64,000 bases of DNA, taken from Chrysomallon squamiferum (lineage: Eukaryota; Animalia; Mollusca). A model generated the notes under the pieces. The model was not told the origin of the DNA and did no database searches. It saw only the letters and a list, made by a program, of their open reading frames with translations. Shown here piece by piece: positions 1 to 13,081 of this stretch; the stretch's first letter is position 1, and every line of letters starts with the position of its first letter. The stretch covers positions 2,914,001 to 2,978,000 of the forward strand of contig CM022676.1 of NCBI GenBank assembly GCA_012295275.1. The letters are read 5' to 3'. Position numbers and translations under genes: made by a program.

Positions 1-724
1 ATAAAATAAAATTAGGAATATATTAAGAAGATAACTACTACTTATTATTACATTTAAATGTGTAAATTTAGAATTGATATTAGTATCTATTTTGTTTTGT
101 TTTCAGGGAAACATACGTTTACTAGGAAATAATTTACATATACAACACATTGCTAAAGGTGACGTTTCTAGAAGGGGTAAGTTATTATTTTTGTTACAAA
201 CAAATATTATTATTATTAGGGATTTTTATGTAGATACATTTCTAAATATAATTGTTTATTTATCACAAATACACTGAAATCTTCGTTATGTGTTGAATGT
301 ATGCAATGTATATTGGATGTATATGTAATGAAGGAGCGGATTAGTCTTTAGATAATGAAGATTTGCGAAACAATAACTAAATATCCGTAGTTTCAAATTA
401 TAAAGATTACACTGTAAACTTTACAGTATTTGTCTGTTCACAGTTATTCGCTTTGCTCTCTTCAATTGTTTGTCGCCATATCCACTTCGTCAGCAAACCA
501 AACTGTGAAGCTGACATCTAGTTCAGCTAAAATATTATTCAGTACTTCAGACTGTACACAGAAGTTGATATCAGTTTTATCAATTTTATTTCTTTATTAG
601 AAACTTGGAAACCCTGCATAATCCGCCCCTCGAATAAAGAATGTACGTAATAGACTTGTTAACAATGTTATCAAACTTTACCTTCGAGAATGTTCGGCGC
701 TTCGACATGCGAAAAACATTTTAG

Positions 725-766
<42 letters not shown>

Positions 767-1530
767 TAACAATAATCATAATAATTGATAATGATACTCT
801 AATATATATATACATACAGCTGAAGTATGACAACAAATACAGCAATAAACAAGTAAACAAATAAAACACCGGCCTAATTAAACTGACATTTAGAAATTGT
901 AGATGTGAAAATTACGCTGAAAATAAATATTCAATTTTATTATCCACAAAATAATTTTCTCAAAAATAATTGTTAACGATGCAACGACTGATGCTACTCT
1001 AAAAGTTATCTACTCAGATAAAACGCAGGTCAAAGTTCGAGTGGAAAACTTTTTAAAAATAAAAATACTCAAACACATTAATAATTATTTCAACGTATAG
1101 TGACTTTTTACATTATTTTTCATAAAATATAATTAGAAGTATATTAAGACGAAAACAAGTACTTATTTTTATATCTAAAAGTGTAACTTTTTTAAAATTG
1201 AAAGTATATACTGTTTTTGTTTTCCTGGAAACAGTCAAACGTTTACTGGGAAGTAGTTAACACACAGGTCACATTTCTGAAGGTGACGTTTCTTGAAGGT
1301 AAGTTTTTCTTTTTTCTAATCACTGATTTTTCTGTAGATGCATTTCGGAACCTAATACTCGTTTTAAAACAAATACAGTGAACTAGTGGATATTTGTTGA
1401 AGGTATGTTGTATATTTTAGATGTACATAATACATAAAGAATACAGAATTTATGTAATGAATTTTGCCACGTAGTACAGTGACCTCTTTAACAGTGATTA
1501 TCAAAATGTACCTCCAAGGAAGTCCGTCGT
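1..1530 (+). repeat. Upstream non-coding module block of copy 1 (2 module copies, candidate promoter/leader exon)
   Basis: CAGGTCAAAGTTCG at 1026; AAGGTGACGTTTCT...GTAAGT donors at 177 and 1299; CACGTAGTACAGTGACC at 1468. Confidence 0.75.
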
Positions 1531-1690
1531 TATAATAATAATAATAACAATAACAACAACAACAACAGCTACAACAACTACAACAACAACAATAGTACAT
1601 ATACAAACATACATATGTTTTGTTTATTTTGGAATAAATGTTGTTTGTTTTTTTTCTTATCATTTTCTTTATTAATTCAGTGATAACAAA

Positions 1691-3443
1691 ATGGCTGCAG
1701 CAGAAGCTGATACTGTGGAAAATGTAATAAACACTGAAGAAACCGAAACCGAGGTTGAAACACCCATCCATGTAGAAATAAAAGTAAAAAATACTTCCGG
1801 TTTTGTTGATAACTGGCAACATGAACGAACTCTCCTTGAAAGTCTCCGATATTCTCTCAAGGAAAACATTCTCTGTGACGTCACATTCATTGTCGGAGAG
1901 GACAGGACACGTATCCAAGCTCACAAGTTGATACTCAGTCTACGCAGCTGTGTGTTTCAGGCCATGTTGACAGGAGATCTGAAAGAACAGGATGATATTG
2001 TAATCCCAGACACTGAAGCAGAAACATTTCACTTGTTTCTAGAGTAAGAATTTGTTGTCCAGTTTTATTATTTATTTTGTATGTGTCTGTTTATTTATTT
2101 TACTTATTTTTTACCGATTTTATTTTATGTCATTGATAATGCATGCAGAGGTTTGTGGGTGCATATATGTGTTAATATGTGTATGTGTATATATATATAT
2201 ATATAGATGTACAGAGAATGAGTGAGAGAGAGAGAGATACACACAAATGTATGTATATATGTGTACGTGTCTGCGTGTGTTTCGTTTTACGTATGTCTGT
2301 GTATTGTCTGTATCTGTATGTGGATCTGGGGGTCTGTGTATGTGTGTGTGCGTGCGTGCGTGCGAGCTTGTAAGCTTTGTGTGTGTGAATTTACCTGTTT
2401 TTTGTGGTTTCTTCAGATTTCTTTATACTGATGAAACCGACTTTAAAGCCGACAACGTCATCCGGTTATTGTACCTTGCCAGGAAGTATGACGTCATTCA
2501 TCTAGAAAAGAGATGTCTTAATTATCTTGAAACACAAATGAAGACAAACAACGTATGTGTTCTTTTGGAAGAAAGTCACATTTATAAACAAGACAGTTTC
2601 ATGAAAACGTGTCTAAAATATATTAGGGAAAATAGCGAAGCTGTACTGAATTCAGAGAGTTTCACAGATCTCTGTCGTGAATGTTTTAGAAAGATAATTG
2701 AATCTAATTATCTGAACGCCACTGAGGAGATAGTTTTTCAGTCATGCATGAAATGGAGTGAAGCTGAGTGCAGACGACAGGAAAAAGAAATAAAAGGAGA
2801 AAACCAACGTGAAATGCTGGGAAAAGAGCTGTACTTCATTCGCTTTCCTCTTCTCGAGAGAGAATATTTCGAAGAGAAGATTTTGCCCACAGATCTTTTG
2901 TCTGAATCTGAAGGATTCAAAATTATGCGTTCCTATGTCTACCCAGAGAAAGATGTGTCACCTTTCAGCAAAAGCTGCAGATATTTTAGGAGGCGTTCAA
3001 TTAAAATGGACCTGTGCCAAAACAATCTTGGTTCCCATCGTTGGTCTTATGATGTGTTAACATTTTGTGTAGACAGAAACACTGCTGTGAAAGGGTTTAG
3101 TATTTTAGGTGTTGTCGAAAACAACCTTCCTGTTACAATCAGTGCCAGCGTTTGCGAACTTTCCACAGATGTGATTGTGCCAGGATCGTCAGTGGAGAAA
3201 AAAATTAACAAATCTATTTTATATATTGACTTTCCAATTACTTTAGAGATAAAGAAAGACTCACAGTATAATCTGATTGCTCGCGCTCAAGGGAGAGTTA
3301 GTTGTATGGATGCGGACAGACAAAGTGAGATAAGGGAAGCCTTTCTGAAGTGTACTTTGTCAGGTTACAAACGATGTCGTCATACTGATGGCATATACGG
3401 GGGTAAAATAAAGTTTATATCGCGATTAAAATTCCTCGTGTGA
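1691..3443 (+). CDS. BTB-BACK-PHR protein, copy 1 (BTBD1/2/3/6-like); exons 1691-2043 and 2417-3443, 459 aa
   Basis: Exon 1 has the BTB motif [32 protein letters not shown]. Donor GA|GTAAG at 2043/2044 and acceptor TTCAG|A at 2416/2417 join in frame (FLE-FLYTDE). BACK motifs ([31 protein letters not shown]) and a PHR-like C-terminus ending ISRLKFLV follow. Confidence 0.92.
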
Positions 3444-3597
3444 ATCTTTACATTATGATTATGAAGTGTATTATTAGTATTCTCTACACACAAGTACACT
3501 CATAAACGCACATACTGAGGTGTACTACCTCATAAAGAAAAATACAACTTAGAAAAAAAAAATTGAACAAAAGTTGAAAACAATAATACCCAAACAA

Positions 3598-3660
3598 CGT
3601 GGAAATTTCAAGGACAAATGGATTACTTACGGACGAGGAATTTCACTTTCGTTTCGGTAG
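3598..3660. promoter_or_regulatory. Candidate NF-kB/IRF (ISRE-like) composite element downstream of copy 1
   Basis: GTGGAAATTTC ... GAGGAATTTCACTTTCGTTTC; reverse complement GAAACGAAAGTGAAA. Motif match only. Confidence 0.4.
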
Positions 3661-4970
3661 AAAATTATTATTTTACATTCAGAACAAGAAAGAACATAAC
3701 TTAACTGACTTAAAAAGTTGTAAAATGTTTGATCGATAAGGTAATTAATTGTATTTGCAGTTCGAAAACGATCGAATGAATTGTTATATAAATAAATATG
3801 TCTGTAATATAAAATGTATACTATCCTATGCTATTCTATGCTGTGCTATGCTATACAACACAGCACTATACTGTAGTATACTATATTCTGTGCTATACTA
3901 TATTATACCATCACCTACTGTACTATACTATTTTATTATATACCACACAATAAAATGCTATACTATAAATTAGTTATTGTTGTATTTTTCCTGTGAATAA
4001 CAAAATAACATAATAATAAAATTGCCTTTACATTTTAAATTTTGTTGTTAGTGGGAACATAATTTTGTTTTTAATAATTACAGCTTATGTTAAATAAATA
4101 ACTGTTTCATTTTAAAAACTATACTTAAATGTGAGTTAAAGTTATTCATAGAAATTAATATAATTAGTTTTGTTGCTTCTTAAAGTTTAGGATTCAGGTA
4201 ATGTCTGTATACATATATTTGTTTTCTTAGAGGATATAGATAATGTATTTCGAAAATACACGTTTCAATTCATTTTTTTTTTTAGATATTGATAAAAATA
4301 CTTGTGGATAATAATCTAAGTTTATTTCTCTTCTTCTTCTTCTTCTTCTTCTTTTTCTTCTTCTTCTTATTATTATAAGTTATGTTTTCTTTCTTTCTCA
4401 AAGTGAATTATAATATTTTATGATAGCAATGTATTTACATTGTTAAGTTTTAACTGTAGGTAGCAATAATAATTGTACATTTTAGCTTATTAAAATATTT
4501 CCAGATAATAACGTATTTTTATTTGTTTTCAAAATGTAAGAATGAGTAATTGCTGTTGTTCTTTGGTTTTCATTTTGGTATAAAATATTAGGGATATGTA
4601 AAGAACAATATTAAATTCATAAACAGACATATATACACACAGAGAGTGAAATTAACTTTGGAGTAATAATGTTCATTGTTGTTTTAGATAATAATGTTAT
4701 TATTAATTTTTATCGTCACATAATTTATTTATGTTCGCGTTTTGCTTTGGAAACATTTATTATAGTAATGTGTCATCTGTGTGTTTTAATCATGTTCTCT
4801 ATTATTGTTTGGTTTAACTCCGATCCCGGGACAGAGAGAATAATCTAGAGAAATCACTTGGATAACAGCACAACAGATTTCACGAGAGTTACATATTAAT
4901 TAATTAATTTATTTATTTATTTATTTATTTATTATTATTATTATTTTTATTATTATTACTATTCTTTTTA

Positions 4971-5044
<74 letters not shown>

Positions 5045-5264
5045 TTTATATAATCATTTCTATTTTTAAATTACTTCTGGGTTTCAGGAAAATCAGATAA
5101 TTTTTATTGTAAACAAATGCTAAGATAAGATTTTGTCCGTTGTTTTATTTTATTTGTAATTTTTTAAAATTTAATTATTATTATTTTCATTATTCGGGAT
5201 TATAATACAGTGAACTTCGTCATTTTCGGGACTAAGAATTTTCTGACGTCCCGCAGATATGACG

Positions 5265-5855
5265 AGGAATGTTATATATGTATGTCCTGTGGTGCATATC
5301 TCTGGAGAATGTTATATATGTATGTCATGTGCTTCATATCTCTGGAGAATGTTATATATGTATGTCATGTGCTTCATATCTCTGGAGAATGTTATATATG
5401 TATGTCCTGTGGTGCGTATCTCTGGAGAATGTTATATATGTATGTCCTGTGTTGTATATCTCTGGAGAATGTTATATATGTATGTCCTGTGCTTCATATC
5501 TCTGGAGAATGTTATATATGTATGTCCTTTGGTGCGTATCTCTGGAGAATGTTATATATGTATGTACTTCATATCTCTGTATGTATGTCATATCTCTGTA
5601 TGTATGTCCTTTGGTGCGTATCTCTGGAGAATGTTATATATGTATGTCCTGTGCTTCATATCTCTGGAGAATGTTATATATGTATGTCCTGTGGTGCGTA
5701 TCTCTGGAGAATGTTATATATGTATGTCCTGGAGTGGTGTCATATCTCTGGAGAATGTTATATATGTATGTCCTGTTATATATGTATGTCCTGTGGTTCA
5801 TATCTTTGGAGAAATATATCCTGTATGTCCTGTGTTGCGTATCTCTGGAGAATGT
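5265..5855. repeat. 40-bp minisatellite (GGAGAATGTTATATATGTATGTCCTGTGCTTCATATCTCT)n inside Tigger
   Basis: Directly visible 40-nt period, about 14 units with some partial ones. Confidence 0.95.
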
Positions 5856-6486
5856 CCTTCAGTTCTTGTGTTTTCCATTCTTCAACTACTGCTGTATTAA
5901 GGCCTACAGTTTCACCGGCTTTAAACTCTTTTCCGATTCCCAGCTTTCTGTCATTGAATTTCTCACCATACTCGTGACCAAGTTGCTCAGAAAAGCCTTG
6001 TGCTTGTTGAAGTAGCATATCACCACTGATACAAATTTCAGGTCTAGCAGTCATTTTCAAAACCATTTAATTAGCGCGGAATCGATATCTTCAAACGTCA
6101 CGTGCTTGATGTCTTTTCTTGAATCACCCTTCTCGATGACGTGAATCACTTTAGATTTACTTTTAAAAATGTCGTTTAATGTTGTGCGGGGCATCTTGAA
6201 TCTCTCCGCCATCAGACCCTTTCACTCGCCAGGATTGTGTTCACAGTCCTTGATTATTTTATACTTCTTCTTATAAGAATTAATTATTAGACGTATCTTT
6301 TCGCTAGTCGCCATTTTTATACTAAACTTGTCACTGTCACGAGCGCTGTTTTCCAAAATGATATGTTAATTTAATACACCCGCAGACGAGGAATGTCACG
6401 TGCATATCAGTATCCCAACGCACATCGCCTGTCTACCTACGTGTCAATAGCTCGAGAGAGCAGGTCAATTGTGCGAGACTGTTTCG

Positions 6487-6582
6487 ACGAAACACTTAAT
6501 TGATTTTTCAGCGAAACACTTTATTGATTTTTCAACGAAACATTTTATTGATTTTTCAACGAAACATTGTATTGATTTTTCC
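6487..6582. repeat. 24-bp tandem repeat x4 (CGAAACACTTTATTGATTTTTCAA) in the Tigger 5' region
   Basis: Four adjacent units here; a single unit in the paralogous element near 29405-29430. Confidence 0.9.
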
Positions 6583-7374
6583 TGGAAATCGTGTGTGTGT
6601 TTGTACATAACAGCAGTTGCTGAGAGATTTCCTATTGACGTCTTAGAGCTAGAAATTAACTGTGGTTTGTGTTACTTGGGACCAAGTGTCAGGTGACGAC
6701 TCAGGCAGGGATATTTTACTGAAAATTACGATACAGAAAATCGGGACAACTTAAAAACCGACGACTTAGACGAGGTTTACTTCATTTTTAACTGATAAGG
6801 TAATTAATTACATTTGCAGTTCTGAAACGTCATAATCAATAATTATATAGTTAATGTAAAATATTATATTATCCTGCCATGTCATATCATTTAATATACT
6901 ATACTATATTTTGAAAAAATAAAACTGCATTTACATTTTGAAAAATTACAAATGACTGTTTCTTAAAATGTAATTTTAGTGCGAATAGAGATTTTTGTTT
7001 TTAATAATTACAGTCTTATGCTAAAAAAATAACATCGTTTTAAAATTAATAATTTAGCGTCGAATAAAACTATTTATCGATAATAATATAATTATATTTG
7101 TAGCTTTTTAAAGTTTAGGATTCATTAAATGTCGACCTTGCTCATCTTCGGCATAAATAATTTTAAAAGTAAAGTTTGATTCGAAGCAGCGCCACGCCAT
7201 GTAAAATTCAAACGTCGTGGACGAACTTGTTTGTGAGCGCGGCGGAAGAATACATCGTTACGCGGTGCTTGTTTGTCTGGATTCCTACATCCGCTCTTTG
7301 GGTACCGCGTGCTTTGTTCACACATGTAACTTCGACTCGGGCTGTTTTAGGTTAACTGAGTGACTTAGGCTATG

Positions 7375-7721
7375 GGAATTGAAATAGGTATTTATTGATC
7401 TGTTTTCCTGTAATACGCGAGATGTTTGCTGGGAAATAATTTAGAAACAGGACACACTGTTGAATATGATATTTCTACAAGGTAAGTTTTATTTTGTGTT
7501 AGAAACAGACATTTTTCTAATTGTAGATAGATTTTTCGAAACCTAATAGCCTTTTTAAAACAAACACAGTGAAATAGTGGTTATTTTTTAAAGGTTTGCA
7601 GTATTGTTTGGATGTATATAATATGTAAAGAATACGGAATTTATGTAATAATTTTTGTCACGTAGAACAGTGACCTCTTTAACAATGATTATCAAACTTT
7701 ATCTCCGAAAGAGTACACCGT

Positions 7722-7765
<44 letters not shown>

Positions 7766-8774
7766 GAAGAAGAAGAAGAAGAAGAAGAAAAAAAAAAAGA
7801 ACATTCAAATAATAAATAAATAAATAAATAAACAAATTTAAAAACACAACTGAACAGTGAGAAATTAATAATAAATAGATTTATTTATTAATTTTAATTA
7901 CAGCAATATTAGTATTGCAACAATAACAGGGTTGAGAAGAAAACCAAACAAAACAAAACAACAACAACAGAAAACAACCATTAATGCCATCTAAATAAAT
8001 TTTCAGAACATTATTATTATTATGAATACTTTGCTCAATATAAATATTTAATTTCATTACTGAAAATGTAAAATAATTTTGACAAACTCGTATTAATACG
8101 TTTACGATCCATATAAAAGAGTTATCTTCCCTGAAGACCTAGATCATCAAAAGCAGGTCAAAGTTCGAGTGGAATATTTTTAAAAATAAAAATACATAGT
8201 TACATTGATCATTATCTCAATCGTAAAAAGATTTTTTAATTTACTTTTCATAAAATAAAATTTGCAGTCTATTGACAAGATAACTATTACTTATTATTAT
8301 ATTTAAAAACTGTTACACTTAAATTCGAGACTTGTATTCATTGTTTTGTTTTCCTGGAAACCGCGAGCTGTTTACTGGGAAGTAATGTACACACACGACA
8401 CACTTCTAAGGTGACGTTTCTACAAGGTAAGTTTTTGTTTTTATTAAAACAGAGGTATATCTTATTGCTGATTTTTCTGTAGATACATTTCGAAACATAA
8501 TAGTGTATTTAAAACAAATACAGTGAAACAGTGGTTATTTGTTGAAGGTATGCAGTATATTTTGGTTGTATATATAATGAATACAGTTTGCATGTAATGA
8601 ATTTTGTCACGTAGTACAGTGGCCTCTTTAACAATGATTATCAAACTTTACCTCCAAGAAAATACGCCGTTACAATAACAAAGATGATAATGACCATGCT
8701 GATAATGATAATGATAATGGTAATAATTAGAGTAATAATAATATTAATCATTATAATGATGATAATAATAATGA

Positions 8775-8827
<53 letters not shown>

Positions 8828-10330
8828 AGTAATAATAATAAGAAGAATAATAATAATAAGAAGAAGAATAATAAAAGAAGAAGAAGAAGAATATTCAAAT
8901 AATGAATAAATAAATAAATAAATTTAAAACTAAACAGTGAAAAATTAATAATAAATAAAAATATTTACAGCACACATTGCTGAAGGTGACGTTTATATTT
9001 TATTTGTTTTAGAAACAAAGATTATTGCCATTACTGCCTTTTTCTGTAGATACATTTCTTAACTTAAGTCTGTTTAAAACAAATACAGTGAAGTGTTGGT
9101 TATTTCAGTATTTGTCTGTTCACAGTTGTTAGCATTGTTGTCTCTTCGCCATTGCTTGTCGCCATATCCGTCAGCAAACCAAAGTGTGAAGCTGACATCT
9201 AGTTCAGCTAAAATAAAATTCACAGCTTCAAATGTGGATAGATATCAGTTTTATTTGTTTATTTTATTTCTATTATTAGCAACTAGGAAACACCCTGTAA
9301 TCCACTATTTGATTAAAGAGAGTTTGATATAGTTTGTCACGTAGTACTGTGACCTAGTTAACAATTATTATCAAACTTTAGCTTTGAGGAAGTTCAGCGC
9401 ACAGTGAGTCGTAAACTAATGTAGATAACAAAAGCAACAACAACAACAACAACAATAACATAATAATAATTTCATTTATTTATTTTATTTCTATTATTAG
9501 CAACTGGGAAACACCCCATAATCCGCCCCTTGAGTAAAGAATGTAAGAGATCGAGTTTGTCACGTAGTACAGTGACCTAGTTAACAATTATTATCAAACT
9601 TAACTACGAGAAAATTCTATATATAAGCCCAAATCTAAATAAACTGTCGGTTAAAACATGACGGATGTGAGAATTATTCTGGACATAAATATTTAATTTC
9701 AATAGCAAGAAAAATAATGTCGAAGGCTTTTTCATACTTTAATGATCAATGTTTGCATAAGAGTTGTCTTCCCTGAAACACCTAGATCACAAAAAGCAGG
9801 TCAAAGTTCGAATGGATAACTTTTAATAGTAAAAATTCTTAATTATCTTAATAATTATCTCAATCACAAAGTAATTTTTCATTTAGTTTTCATAAAATAA
9901 AATTAGGAATAAATTAAGATGATAACTACTACTTATCTTTATTTCTAAAAGAGTTAATTTGAAATTGAAAGTAGTATTTATTGTTTTGTTTTCCTTGAAA
10001 AAGTCCGATTTTTACTAGGAAGTAATTTACATACAGGACACACTGCTGAAGGTGACGTTTCTAGAAGGTAAGTTTTTCTTTTCGTTAGAAACAAACATTT
10101 TTCTTATTACTGATTTTTCTGTAGATATATTTTGAAACCTGATTATCCATTTGAAACAAATACAGTGAAATAGTGGTTATTTGTTGAAGGTTTGCTGTGT
10201 GTTTTGGATGTATACATAAAGAATAGAAATATCTGTAAACGATTTTACCACGTAGTACTGTGACCTGGTTAACAATGTTGTCAAACTTTACCTTCGAGAA
10301 TATTCGCCGCTGAGACGTCGGAAAACAAGA
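7375..10330 (+). repeat. Upstream module block of copy 2 (3 copies plus partials)
   Basis: GTAAGT at 7482, 8427, 10068; AGGTCAAAGTTCG at 8155 and 9798. Confidence 0.75.
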
Positions 10331-10706
10331 AATAATAATAATAATAATAATAATAATCATAATAATCATAATCATAATTATAGAAGATGATAAAGAAGAA
10401 AATGAATATTCAAATAATAAATAAATAAAAAAAATTAAAAACACAACTGAACAGTGAGAAATTGATAATAAATAATGCTATTTATTGATTTTAATTACAG
10501 GGAGGAATGAGTCGGGTAAAAGAAAGAGCAGGGGAAAGATTAAGATAAAAAATGAGCACATTCCAGCAAACATAAATACATATGTATACACACACGCACA
10601 CACACGCACGCGCGCACGCACACACACATATTATGGCAATAAATGAAATAAAATGAAATAAAGTTTACAGTGGTACCAAGTTCGTTGTATTGTTACGACA
10701 AAGCTG

Positions 10707-10769
<63 letters not shown>

Positions 10770-10862
10770 ACTCTCAGAAAGATACACAATTTATTTGTTT
10801 ACTTACGTTAAAATAAATACTATTTTCTGTTGTTATCATTTTATTAATTCAGTGATAACAAA

Positions 10863-11464
10863 ATGGCTGCAGCAGAAGCTGATACTGTGGATGATGTAAT
10901 AAACGCTGAAGAAACCGAAGTCGTGGATGACGTATCCACCACTCGAGAAACAGAAGTAAAAAATACTTCCGGTTTTGTTGATAATTGGCAACATGAACGA
11001 ACTCTCGTTGAAAGTCTCCGATATTCTCTCAAGGAAAACATTCTCTGTGACGTCACATTCATTGTCGGAGAGGACAGGACACGTATCCAAGCTCACAAGT
11101 TGATACTCAGTCTGCGCAGCTGTGTGTTTCACGCCATGTTGACAGGAGATCTGAAAGAACAGGGTGATATTGTAATCCCAGATGCTGAAGCAGAAATTTT
11201 TCACTTGTTTTTAGAGTAATAAATTATACATTTTTGTATTAATTAATCACTATGTATGTATGTATATATGTTTGTATGTATGTATGTATGTATGTATGTG
11301 TCTATGTATATAATATGCATGTTTGTATGAATGTATGTATGTATCTATGTACATAATATGCAGGTATGTATTATATGTATTTTAGCATCTGAATTTATCT
11401 GTCTTTTGTACGTCTGAATGAATGTTTGCGTGAATATATGTATGTGTGTGTTTAAGTGTGTATG

Positions 11465-11548
<84 letters not shown>

Positions 11549-13081
11549 TATATGTACGCACGCGTGTATATGTGTATGTATTACATGTGTCTGTAAATGT
11601 ATTGTGTCTGTGTTGTATGTGCATGTGTATGAATGTGCGTATTTAATGTGTGTATTTAATATTTCCTTTTCGAAAGTTTCTGCCTTTTATTTATTTTTTA
11701 TTCATTTTATTTTATTCTGATATAATTCATGCAGAGATATGTGTATAATCTGTATGTGTGTATGTGTTTGTGTGCGTGTGTGTATATAATATGCATGTAT
11801 GTATTTTAGCATCTGAATTTCTCTGTCTTATGTACGTCTGTATGGATGAATGTTTGTGTGAATATATAACTATTATATAAAACTATTACCTTTGCGTGTA
11901 TATATATTTGTATGCGTTTGTGTGTGTATGTATATATAATTATGCTTGCGTCCATATATGTATATTTGAATATATGTGTGTATGTGTGTGTGTGGTTTTG
12001 TGTATTTATTTAAGTGTTCTTTCTTCTATTTACCAGATTTCTTTATACCGATGAAACGGACTTTAAAGCCGACAACGTCATTCGATTGTTGTACCTTGCC
12101 AGGAAGTATGACGTAATTCATCTAGAAAAGAGATGTCTTAACTATCTTGAAACGGAAATGACGAAAGAAGACGCATGCATCGTTCTCGAAGAAACCCACA
12201 ATTATAAACAAGACGATTTTACGGAAACGTGTCTGAGATATATTTGGGAAAATGGCGAAGATGTACTGAATTCAGAGAGTTTCACAGATCTCTGTCGTGA
12301 ATGTGTAGGAAAGATAATTGAACCTGATGATCTGAACGCCACTGAGGAGACAGTGTTTCAGTCATGCATGAAATGGAGTGAAGCTGAGTGCAGACGACAG
12401 GAAAAAGAAATAACAGCAGAAAACGAACGTGAAATGCTGGGAAAAGAGCTGTACCTCATTCGCTTTCCTCTTCTCGACTCAGAGTATTTTCAAAATAATG
12501 TTTTACCTAAAAATCTTTTAACTCAATGTGAAAAATTCGAAACTGTCTGTTCCTATGTCTACCCAGAGATAGATGCGTCACTTTTCAGCAAACGACGCAG
12601 AATTGGTACAAAGAAGAAGTTAATCGAAATTGATAGATTTAAAAATATTTCTTTCCAGGGCGTCGATGATTATGATTACCCGTACAGTGATACGATTACA
12701 TTTTGTTTAAACACGAACGCATCTTTGAAAGGTTTTAGTATTCTCACTTTTCCAAGAAAAAGTACAACATTTTCTATCAAAACTAGTGTTTGTGAAGTTG
12801 TGACAGATGTGATTGTGCCAGGATCTTTAGTAGATAAACAAGTCGACAAGTCTGTTTTTGATGTCGATTTTCCAAATCCTTTAGACATAAAGAAAGAAAC
12901 ACAGTATAGCCTGACTGTTCAAACTGAAGGAAGAGTTAGATGTGAAACAGTGAACAGACAAGGTGAGATACGTGAAGGCTTTCTGAAGTGTACTTTGTCA
13001 GATAGTCAACGATGTTCTCATAATCGTAACATGTACTGGAGTAAATCAGACTTTATATCGCGATTAAAATTCCTCGTGTGA
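10863..13081 (+). CDS. BTB-BACK-PHR protein, copy 2; exons 10863-11215 and 12037-13081, 465 aa
   Basis: Same architecture and intron phase (GA|GTAAT ... ACCAG|A); spliced frame open to TGA. Confidence 0.92.
11471..11544. repeat. (TA)n microsatellite in the copy 2 intron
   Basis: Directly visible. Confidence 0.95.

Larger units (their letters stand above)
5208..6782 (-). mobile_element. Defective Tigger/pogo (Tc1-mariner superfamily) DNA transposon
   Basis: Minus-strand remnants MAERFKMPRTTLNDI, TFEDIDSALIKWF and ISGDMLLQQAQGFSEQLG match CENP-B-type HTH domains. Ends TA|CAGTGAACTTCGTC and GACGAGGTTTACTT form an imperfect TIR. The DDE domain is deleted. Confidence 0.85.

Noticed and set aside
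1364-1924. Recurrent antisense ORFs over BTB exon 1 and BACK (e.g. 10836-11204, 43593-43898, 2738-2920)
   Set aside because: Shadows of the conserved sense CDS; starts and ends vary between copies.
2247-2416. N-terminal extensions of exon-2 ORFs and the TAA ending exon-1 ORFs
   Set aside because: Intronic. The TAA is part of the GTAA donor, so the two ORFs are exons of one gene.
3420-3443. Invariant C-terminal FLV as a PDZ-binding motif
   Set aside because: More simply the terminal beta-strand of the PHR fold; no independent support.
5265-5855. 40-bp array as a CRISPR-like locus
   Set aside because: Units are contiguous with no unique spacers, there are no cas genes, and the context is eukaryotic.
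5210-6015. Long Cys/Tyr-rich ORFs in three frames (also 29868-30598)
   Set aside because: Translations of the 40-bp minisatellite, antisense to the Tigger transposase.
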